Origin: the human T2T-CHM13v2.0 reference genome, Homo sapiens
DNA: 64,000 nt
Reading direction: 5' to 3' (one strand)
NCBI RefSeq assembly: GCF_009914755.1
Contig: NC_060926.1
Both the position numbers and the translations under genes were made by a program. Each line of letters opens with the position of its first letter. Position 1 is the first letter of the stretch. The notes below the pieces were generated by a model. It was not told the origin of the DNA. It saw only the letters and a program-made list of their open reading frames with translations, and did not search any database. Shown here piece by piece: positions 23,601-34,693 of this stretch.

Positions 23601-26600
23601 TGAGGATTTCGTTGGAAACGGGATTGTCTTCATATAAACTCTAGACAGAAGCATTCTCAGAAGCTTCATTGGGATGTTTCAATTGAAGTCACAGTGTTGA
23701 ACAGTCCCTTTCATAGAGCAGGTTTGAAACACTCTTTTTGTAGTATCTGGAAGTGGACATTTGGAGAGATCTCAGGAATACGGTGATAAAGGAAATATCT
23801 TCCAATAAAAGCTAGATAGAAGCAATGTCAGAAACTTTTTCATGATGTATCTACTCAGCTAACAGAGTTGAACCTTTCTTTTGAGAGAGCAGTTTTGAAA
23901 CACTCTTTTTGTGGAATCTGCAAGTGGATATTTGTCTAGCTTTGAGGATTTCGTTGGAAACGGGATTACATATAAAAAGCAGACAGCAGCATTCCCAGTA
24001 ACTTCTTTGTGATGTTTGCATTCAAGTCACAGAGTTGAACATTCCCTTTCATACAGCAGGTTTGAAACACTCTTTTTGTAGTATCTGGATGTGGACATTT
24101 GGAGCGCTTTCAGGCCTATGGTGAAAAAGGAAATATCTTCCCCTGAAAACTAGACAGAAGAATTCTCAGAATCTTATTTGTGATGTGCGCCCTCAACTAA
24201 CAGTCTTGAAGCTTTCTTTTGATAGAGCAGTTTTGAAACACTCTTTTTGTAAAATCTGCAAGAGGATATTTGGATAGCTTTGAGGATTTCGTTGGAAACG
24301 GGATTGTCTTCATATAAACTCTAGACAGAAGCATTCTCAGAAGCTTCATTGGGATGTTTCAATTGAAGTCACAGTGTTGAACAGTCCCTTTCATAGAGCA
24401 GGTTTGAAACACTCTTTTTGTAGTATCTGGAAGTGGACATTTGGAGAGATCTCAGGAATACGGTGATAAAGGAAATATCTTCCAATAAACGCTACATAGA
24501 AGCAATGTCAGAAACTTTTTCATGATGTATCTACTCAGCTAACAGAGTTGAACCTTTCCTTTGAGAGAGCAGTTTTGAAACACTCTTTTTGTGGAATCTG
24601 CAAGTGGATATTTGTCTAGCTTTGAGGATTTCGTTGGAAACGGGATTACATATAAAAAGCAGACAGCAGCATTCCCAGTAACTTCTTTGTGATGTTTGCA
24701 TTCAAGTCACAGAGTTGAACATTCCCTTTCATACAGCAGGTTTGAAACACTCTTTTTGTAGTATCTGGATGTGGACATTTGGAGCGCTTTCAGGCCTATG
24801 GTGAAAAACCAAATATCTTCCCCTGAAAACTAGACAGAAGAATTCTTAGAATCTTATTTGTGATGTGCGCCCTCAACTAACAGTGTTGAAGCTTTCTTTT
24901 GATAGAGCAGTTTTGAAACAATCTTTTTGTAAAATCTGCAAGAGGATATTTGGATAGCTTTGAGGATTTCGTTGGAAACGGGATTGTCTTCATATAAAAT
25001 CTAGACAGAAGCATTCTCAGAAGCGTCATTGGGATGTTTCAATTGAAGTCACAGTGTTGAACAGTCCCTTTCATAGAGCAGGTTTGAAACACTCTTTTTG
25101 TAGTATCTGGATGTGGACATTTGGAGCGCTTTAAGCCTATGGTTTAAAAGGAAATATCTTCCCCTGAAAACTAGACAGAAGCATTCTCAGAAACTTATTT
25201 GTGATGTGCGCCCTCAACTAACAGTGTTGAAGCATTCTTTTGATAGAGCAGTTTTGAAACACTCTTTTTGTGGAATCTGCAAGTGGATATTTGTCTAGCT
25301 TTGAGGATTTCGTTGGAAACGGGATTACATATAAAAAGCAGACAGCAGCATTCCCAGAAACTTCTTTGTGATGTTTGCATTCAAGTCACAGAGTTGAACA
25401 TTCCCTTTCATAGAGCAGGTTTGAAACACTCTTTTTGTAGTATCTGGATGTGGACCTTTGGAGCGCTTTCAGGCCTATGGTGAAAAAGGAAATATCTTCC
25501 CCTGAAAACTAGACAGAAGCATTCTCAGAATCTTATTTGTGATGTGCGCCCTCAACGAACAGTGTTGAAGCTTTCTTTTGATAGAGCAGTTTTGAAACAC
25601 TCTTTTTGTAATATCTGCAAGAGGATATTTGGATAGCTTTGAGGATTTCGTTGGAAACGGTATTGTCTTCATATAAACTCTAGACAGAAGCATTCTCAGA
25701 AGCTTCATTGGGATGTTTCAATTGAAGTCACAGTGTTGAACAGTCCCTTTCATAGAGCAGGTTTGAAACACTCTTTTTGTAGTATCTGGAAGTGGACATT
25801 TGGAGCGTTCTCAGTACTGCGGTGAAAAAGGAAATATCTTCCAATAAAAGCTAGATAGAAGCAATGTCAGAAAATTTTTCATGATGTATCTACTCAGCTA
25901 ACAGAGTTGAACCTTCCTTTGAGAGAGCAGTTTTGAAACACTCTTTTTGTGGAATCTGCAAGTGGATATTTGTCTAGCTTTGAGGATTTCGTTGGAAACG
26001 GGATTACATATAAAAAGCAGACAGCAGCATTCCCAGAAACTTCTTTGTGATGTTTGCATTCAAGTCACAGAGTTGAACATTCCCTTTCATAGAGCAGGTT
26101 TGAAACACTCTTTTGTAGTATCTGGATGTGGACATTTGCAGCGCTTTCAGGCCTAAGGTGAAAAAGGAAATATCTTCCCCTGAAAACTAGACAGAAGCAT
26201 TCTCAGAAACTTATTTGTGATGTGCGCCCTCAACTAACAGTGTTGAAGCTTTCTTTTGATAGAGCAGTTTTGAAACACTCTTTTTGTAATATCTGCAAGA
26301 GGATATTTGGATAGCTTTGAGGATTCCGTTGGAAACGGGATTGTCTTCATATAAACTCTAGACAGAAGCATTCTCAGAAACTTCATTGGGATGTTTCAAT
26401 TGAAGTCACAGTGTTGAACAGTCCCTTTCATAGAACAGGTTTGAAACACTCTTTTTGTAGTATCTGGAAGTGGACATTTGGAGCGCTCTCAGGACTATGG
26501 TGAAAAAGGAAATATCTTCCAATAAAAGCTACATAGAAGCAATGTCAGAAACTTTTTCATGATGTATCTACTCAGCTAACAGAGTTGAACCTTTCCTTTG

Positions 26601-28640
26601 AGAGAGCAGTTTTGAAACACTCTTTTTGTGGAATCTGCAAGTGGATATTTGTCTAGCTTTGAGGATTTCGTTGGAAACGGGATTACATATAAAAAGCAGA
26701 CAGCAGCATTCCCAGTAACTTCTTTGTGATGTTTGCATTCAAGTCACAGAGTTGAACATTCCCTTTCATAGAGCAGGTTTGAAACACTCTTTTTGTAGTA
26801 TCTGGATGTGGACATTTGGAGCGCTTTCAGGCCTATGGTGAAAAAGGAAATATCTTCTCCTGAAAACTAGACAGAAGCATTCTCAGAATCTTATTTGTGA
26901 TGTGCGCCCTCAACTAACAGTGTTGAAGCTTTCTTTTGATAGAGCAGTTTTGAAACACTCTTTTTGTAATATCTGCAAGAGGATATTTGGATAGCTTTGA
27001 GGATTTCGTTGGAAACGGGATTGTCTTCATATAAACTCTAGACAGAAGCATTCTCAGAAGCTTCATTGGGATGTTTCAATTGAAGTCACAGTGTTGAACA
27101 GTCCCTTTCATATAGCAGGTTTGAAACACTCTTTTTGTAGTATCTGGAAGTGGACATTTGGAGAGATCTCAGGAATACGGTGATAAAGGAAATATCTTCC
27201 AATAAAAGCTAGATAGAAGCAATGTCAGAAACTTTTTCATGATGTATCTACTCAGCTAACAGAGTTGAACCTTTCTTTTGAGAGAGCAGTTTTGAAACAC
27301 TCTTTTTGTGGAATCTGCAAGTGGATATTTGTCTAGCTTTGAGGATTTCGTTGGAAACGGGATTACATATAAAAAGCAGACAGCAGCATTCCCAGTAACT
27401 TCTTTGTGATGTTTGCATTCAAGTCACAGAGTTGAACATTCCCTTTCATACAGCAGGTTTGAAACACTCTTTTTGTAGTATCTGGATGTGGACATTTGGA
27501 GCGCTTTCAGGCCTATGGTGAAAAAGGAAATATCTTCCCCTGAAAACTAGACAGAAGAATTCTCAGAATCTTATTTGTGATGTGCGCCCTCAACTAACAG
27601 TCTTGAAGCTTTCTTTTGATAGAGCAGTTTTGAAACACTCTTTTTGTAAAATCTGCAAGAGGATGTTTGGATAGCTTTGAGGATTTTGTTGGAAACGGGA
27701 TTGTCTTCATATAAACTCTAGACAGAAGCATTCTCAGAAGCTTCATTGGGATGTTTCAATTGAAGTCACAGTGTTGAACAGTCCCTTTCATAGAGCAGGT
27801 TTGAAACACTCTTTTTGTAGTATCTGGAAGTGGACATTTGGAGAGATCTCAGGAATACGGTGATAAAGGAAATATCTTCCAATAAACGCTACATAGAAGC
27901 AATGTCAGAAACTTTTTCATGATGTATATACTCAGCTAACAGAGTTGAACCTTTCTTTTGAGAGAGCAGTTTTGAAACACTCTTTTTGTGGAATCTGCAA
28001 GTGGATATTTGTCTAGCTTTGAGGATTTCGTTGGAAACGGGATTACATATAAAAAGCAGACAGCAGCATTCCCAGTAACTTCTTTGTGATGTTTGCATTC
28101 AAGTCACAGAGTTGAACATTCCCTTTCATACAGCAGGTTTGAAACACTCTTTTTGTAGTATCTGGATGTGGACATTTGGAGCGCTTTCAGGCCTATGGTG
28201 AAAAAGGAAATATCTTCCCCTGAAAACTAGACAGAAGAATTCTTAGAATCTTATTTGTGATGTGCGCCCTCAACTAACAGTGTTGAAGCTTTCTTTTGAT
28301 AGAGCAGTTTTGAAACACTCTTTTTGTAAAATCTGCAAGAGGATATTTGGATAGCTTTGAGGATTTCGTTGGAAACGGGATTGTCTTCATATAAACTCTA
28401 GACAGAAGCATTCTCAGAAGCGTCATTGGGATGTTTCAATTGAAGTCACAGTGTTGAACAGTCCCTTTCATAGAGCAGGTTTGAAACACTCTTTTTGTAG
28501 TATCTGGATGTGGACATTTGGAGCGCTTTAAGCCTATGGTTTAAAAGGAAATATCTTCCCCTGAAAACTAGACAGAAGCATTCTCAGAAACTTATTTGTG
28601 ATGTGCGCCCTCAACTAACAGTGTTGAAGCATTCTTTTGA
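17650..28640 (+). repeat. Tandem 20-mer super-repeat (5 HORs, 3398 bp), about 3.2 copies
   Basis: Marker ORFs start at 18317, 21715, 25113, 28510 (spacing 3398/3398/3397) and at 19151, 22549, 25947. The subtype order is the same in each copy. Confidence 0.88.
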
Positions 28641-29256
28641 TAGAGCAGTTTTGAAACACTCTTTTTGTAATATCTGCAAGAGGATATTTGGATAGCTTTG
28701 AGGATTTCGTTGGAAACGGGATTACATATAAAAAGCAGACAGCAGCATTCCCAGAATCTTGTTTGTGATGTTTGCATTCAAGTCAGAGTTGAACATTCCC
28801 TTTCAGAGAGCAGGTTTGAAACACTCTTTTTATAGTATCTGGATGTGGACATTTGGAGCGCTTTCAGGCCTATGGTGAAAAAGGAAATATCTTCTCCTGA
28901 AAACTAGACAGAAGCATTCTCAGAATCTTATTTGTGATGTGCGCCCTCAACTAACAGTGTTGAAGCTTTCTTTTGATAGAGCAGTTTTGAAACACTCTTT
29001 TCGTAAAATCTGCAAGAGGATATTTTGATAGCTTTGAGGATTTCGTTGGAAACGGGATTGTCTTCATATAAACTCTAGACAGAAGCATTCTCAGAAGCTT
29101 CATTGGGATGTTTCAATTGAAGTCACAGTGTTGAACAGTTCCTTTCATAGAACAGGTTTGAAACACTCTTTTTGTAGTATCTGGAAGTGGACATTTGGAG
29201 CGCTCTCAGGACTATGGTGAAAAAGGAAATATCTTCCTATAAAAGCTACATAGAAG

Positions 29257-29594
29257 CTATGTCAGAAACTTTTTCATGATGTATCTACTCAGCTAACAGA
29301 GTTGAACCTTTCCTTTGAGAGAGCAGTTTTGAAACACTCTTTTTGTGGAATCTACAAGTGGATATTTGTCTAGCTTTGAGGATTTCGTTGGAAACGGGAT
29401 TACATATAAAAAGCAGACAGCAGCATTCCCAGTAACTTCTTTGTGATGTTTGCATTCAAGTCACAGAGTTGAACATTCCCTTTCATAGAGCAGGTTTGAA
29501 ACACTCTTTTTGTAGTATCTGGAAGTGCACATTTGGAGAGATCTCAGGAATACGGTGATAAAGGAAATATCTTCCAATAAAAGCTAGATAGAAG
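29257..29594 (+). repeat. 2-mer structural variant (C + D/B hybrid), 338 bp; second example at 48625-48962
   Basis: The D-type start (cattcccagtaac) switches to a B-type end (gagatctcaggaatacgg...aagctagatag) and is followed again by C. Confidence 0.88.
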
Positions 29595-29932
29595 CAATGT
29601 CAGAAACTTTTTCATGATGTATCTACTCAGCTAACAGTGTTGAACCTTTCTTTTGAGAGAGCAGTTTTGAAACACTCTTTTTGTGGAATCTGCAAGTGGA
29701 TATTTGTCTAGCTTTGAGGATTTCGTTGGAAACGGGATTACATATAAAAAGCAGACAGCAGAATTCCCAGTAACTTCTTTGTGATGTTTGCATTCAAGTC
29801 ACAGAGTTGAACATTCCCTTTCATAGAGCAGGTTTGAAACACTCTTTTTGTAGTATCTGGATGTGGACATTTTGAGCGCTTTGAGGCCTATGGTGAAAAA
29901 GGAAATCTCTTCCCCTGAAAACTAGACAGAAG

Positions 29933-30274
29933 AATTCTCAGAATCTTATTTGTGATGTGCGCCCTCAACTAACAGTGTTGAACCTTTCTTTTGATAGAGC
30001 AGTTTTGAAACACCCTTTTTGTTAAATCTGCAAGAGGATATTTGGATAGCTTTGAGGATTTCGTTGGAAACGGGATTGTCTTCATATAAACTCTAGACAG
30101 AAGCATTCTCAGAAGCTTCATTGGCATGTTTCAATTGAAGTCACAGTGTTGAACAGTCCCTTTCATAGAGCAGGTTTGAAACACTCTTTTTGTAGTATCT
30201 GGATGTGGACATTTGCAGCGCTTTCAGGCCTAAGGTGAAAAAGGAAATATCTTCCCCTGAAAACTAGACAGAAG
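29933..30274 (+). repeat. 2-mer structural variant (A + B/D hybrid), 342 bp; duplicate at 31971-32312
   Basis: The B start (cattggcatg) joins a D end (gcagcgctttcaggcctaagg...cccctg) and is followed by a full A. Confidence 0.87.
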
Positions 30275-33200
30275 CATTCTCAGAAACTTATTTGTGATGT
30301 GCGCCCTCAACTAACAGTGTTGAAGCTTTCTTTTGATAGAGCAGTTTTGAAACACTCTTTTTGTAATATCTGCAAGAGGATATTTGGATAGCTTTCAGGA
30401 TTTCGTTGGAAACGGGATTGTCTTCATATAAACTCTAGACAGAAGCATTCTCAGAAGCTTCATTGGGATGTTTCAATTGAAGTCACAGTGTTGAACAGTT
30501 CCTTTCATAGAACAGGTTTGAAACACTCTTTTTGTAGTATCTGGAAGTGGACATTTGGAGCGCTCTCAGGACTATGGTGAAAAAGGAAATATCTTCCTAT
30601 AAAAGCTACATAGAAGCTATGTCAGAAACTTTTTCATGATGTATCTACTCAGCTAACAGAGTTGAACCTTTCCTTTGAGAGAGCAGTTTTGAAACACTCT
30701 TTTTGTGGAATCTACAAGTGGATATTTGTCTAGCTTTGAGGATTTCGTTGGAAACGGGATTACATATAAAAAGCAGACAGCAGCATTCCCAGTAACTTCT
30801 TTGTGATGTTTGCATTCAAGTCACAGAGTTGAACATTCCCTTTCATAGAGCAGGTTTGAAACACTCTTTTTGTAGTATCTCTATGTGGACATTTGGAGCG
30901 CTTTCAGGCCTATGGTGAAAAAGGAAATATCTTCCCCTGAAAACTAGACAGAAGCATTCTCAGAAACTTATTTGTGATGTGCGCCCTCAACTAACAGTGT
31001 TGAACCTTTCTTTTGATAGAGCAGTTTTGAAACACTCTTTTTGTAATATCTGCAAGAGGATATTTGGATAGCTTTGAGGATTTCGTTGGAAACGGGATTA
31101 CATATAAAAAGCAGACAGCAGCATTCCCAGAATCTTGTTTGTGATGTTTGCATTCAAGTCAGAGTTGAACATTCCCTTTCAGAGAGCAGGTTTGAAACAC
31201 TCTTTTTATAGTATCTGGATGTGGACATTTGGAGCGCTTTCAGGCCTATGGTGAAAAAGGAAATATCTTCTCCTGAAAACTAGACAGAAGCATTCTCAGA
31301 ATCTTATTTGTGATGTGCGCCCTCAACTAACAGTGTTGAAGCTTTCTTTTGATAGAGCAGTTTTGAAACACTCTTTTCGTAAAATCTGCAAGAGGATATT
31401 TTGATAGCTTTGAGGATTTCGTTGGAAACGGGATTGTCTTCATATAAACTCTAGACAGAAGCATTCTCAGAAGCTTCATTGGGATGTTTCAATTGAAGTC
31501 ACAGTGTTGAACAGTCCCTTTCATAGAGCAGGTTTGAAACACTCTTTTTGTAGTATCTGGAAGTGCACATTTGGAGAGATCTCAGGAATACGGTGATAAA
31601 GGAAATATCTTCCAATAAAAGCTAGATAGAAGCAATGTCAGAAACTTTTTCATGATGTATCTACTCAGCTAACAGTGTTGAACCTTTCTTTTGAGAGAGC
31701 AGTTTTGAAACACTCTTTTTGTGGAATCTGCAAGTGGATATTTGTCTAGCTTTGAGGATTTCGTTGGAAACGGGATTACATATAAAAAGCAGACAGCAGA
31801 ATTCCCAGTAACTTCTTTGTGATGTTTGCATTCAAGTCACAGAGTTGAACATTCCCTTTCATAGAGCAGGTTTGAAACACTCTTTTTGTAGTATCTGGAT
31901 GTGGACATTTTGAGCGCTTTGAGGCCTATGGTGAAAAAGGAAATCTCTTCCCCTGAAAACTAGACAGAAGAATTCTCAGAATCTTATTTGTGATGTGCGC
32001 CCTCAACTAACAGTGTTGAACCTTTCTTTTGATAGAGCAGTTTTGAAACACCCTTTTTGTTAAATCTGCAAGAGGATATTTGGATAGCTTTGAGGATTTC
32101 GTTGGAAACGGGATTGTCTTCATATAAACTCTAGACAGAAGCATTCTCAGAAGCTTCATTGGCATGTTTCAATTGAAGTCACAGTGTTGAACAGTCCCTT
32201 TCATAGAGCAGGTTTGAAACACTCTTTTTGTAGTATCTGGATGTGGACATTTGCAGCGCTTTCAGGCCTAAGGTGAAAAAGGAAATATCTTCCCCTGAAA
32301 ACTAGACAGAAGCATTCTCAGAAACTTATTTGTGATGTGCGCCCTCAACTAACAGTGTTGAAGCTTTCTTTTGATAGAGCAGTTTTGAAACACTCTTTTT
32401 GTAATATCTGCAAGAGGATATTTGGATAGCTTTGAGGATTTCATTGGAAACGGGATTGTCTTCATATAAACTCTAGACAGAAGCATTCTCAGAAGCTTCA
32501 TTGGGATGTTTCAATTGAAGTCACAGTGTTGAACAGTTCCTTTCATAGAACAGGTTTGAAACACTCTTTTTGTAGTATCTGGAAGTGGACATTTGGAGCG
32601 CTCTCAGGACTATGGTGAAAAAGGAAATATCTTCCAATAAAAGCTACATAGAAGCAATGTCAGAAACTTTTTCATGATGTATCTACTCAGCTAACAGAGT
32701 TGAACCTTTCCTTTGAGAGAGCAGTTTTGAAACACTCTTTTTGTGGAATCTGCAAGTGGATATTTGCTTAGCTTTGAGGATTTCGTTGGAAACGGGATTA
32801 CATATAAAAAGCAGACAGCAGCATTCCCAGTAACTTCTTTGTGATGTTTGCATTCAAGTCACAGAGTTGAACATTCCCTTTCATAGAGCAGGTTTGAAAC
32901 ACTCTTTTTGTAGTATCTGGATGTGGACATTTGGAGCGCTTTCAGGCCTATGGTGAAAAAGGAAATATCTTCCCCTGAAAACTAGACAGAAGCATTCTCA
33001 GAATCTTATTTGTGATGTGCGCCCTCAACTAACAGTGTTGAAGCTTTCTTTTGATAGAGCAGTTTTGAAACACTCTTTTTGTAAAATCTGCAAGAGGATA
33101 TTTGGATAGCTTTGAGGATTTCGTTGGAAACGGGATTGTCTTCATATAAACTCTAGACAGAAGCATTCTCAGAAGCTTCATTGGGATGTTTCAATTGAAG

Positions 33201-34351
33201 TCACAGTGTTGAACAGTCCCTTTCATAGAGCAGGTTTGAAACACTCTTTTTGTAGTATCTGGATGTGGACATTTGGAGCGCTTTCAGGCCTATGGTTTAA
33301 AAGGAAATATCTTCCCCTGAAAACTAGACAGAAGCATTCTCAGAAACTTATTTGTGATGTGCGCCCTCAACTAACAGTGTTGAAGCATTCTTTTGATAGA
33401 GCAGTTTTGAAACACTCTTTTTGTGGAATCTGCAAGTGGATATTTGTCTAGCTTTGAGGATTTCGTTGGAAACGGGATTACATATAAAAAGCAGACAGCA
33501 GCATTCCCAGAAACTTCTTTGTGATGTTTGCATTCAAGTCACAGAGTTGAACATTCCCTTTCATAGAGCAGGTTTGAAACACTCTTTTTGTAGTATCTGG
33601 ATGTGGACATTTGGAGCGCTTTCAGGCCTATGGTGAAAAAGGAAATATCTTCCCCTGAAAACTAGACAGAAGCATTCTCAGAAACTTATTTGTGATGTGC
33701 GCCCTCAACTAACAGTGTTGAAGCTTTCTTTTGATAGAGCAGTTTTGAAACACTCTTTTTGTAATATCTGCAAGAGGATATTTGGATAGCTTTGAGGATT
33801 TCGTTGGAAACGGGATTGTCTTCATATAAACTCTAGACAGAAGCATTCTCAGAAGCTTCATTGGGATGTTTCAATTGAAGTCACAGTGTTGAACAGACCC
33901 TTTCATAGAGCAGGTTTGAAACACTCTTTTTGTAGTATCTGGAAGTGGACATTTGGAGCGCTCTCAGGACTGCGGTGAAAAAGGAAATATCTTCCAATAA
34001 AAGCTACATAGAAGCAATGTCAGAAACTTTTTCATGATGTATCTACTCAGCTAACAGAGTTGAACCTTCCTTTGAGAGAGCAGTTTTGAAACACTCTTTT
34101 TGTGGAATCTGCAAGTGGATATTTGTCTAGCTTTGAGGATTTCGTTGGAAACGGGATTACATATAAAAAGCAGACAGCAGCATTCCCACAAACTTCTTTG
34201 TGATGTTTGCATTCAAGTCACAGAGTTGAACATTCCCTTTCATAGAGCAGGTTTGAAACACTCTTTTTGTAGTATCTGGATGTGGACATTTGCAGCACTT
34301 TCAGGCCTAAGGTGAAAAAGGAAATATCTTCCCCTGAAAACTAGACAGAAG

Positions 34352-34693
34352 CATTCTCAGAAACTTATTTGTGATATGCGCCCTCAACTAACAGTGTTGA
34401 AGCTTTCTTTTGATAGAGCAGTTTTGAAACACTCTTTTTGTAATATCTGTAAGAGGATATTTTGATAGCTTTGAGGATTTCGTTGGAAACGGGATTGTCT
34501 TCATATAAACTCTAGACAGAAGCATTCTCAGAAGCTTCATTGGGATGTTTCAATTGAAGTCACAGTGTTGAACATTTCCTTTCATAGAACAGGTTTGAAA
34601 CACTCTTTTTGTAGTATCTGGAAGTGGACATTTGGAGCGCTCTCAGGACTATGGTGAAAAAGGAAATATCTTCCCCTGAAAACTAGACAGAAG
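34352..34693 (+). repeat. 2-mer structural variant (A + late B/D hybrid), 342 bp
   Basis: B-type sequence runs through ctctcaggac, then D-type cccctgaaaactagac follows the shared ctatggtgaaaaaggaaatatcttcc. Confidence 0.85.
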
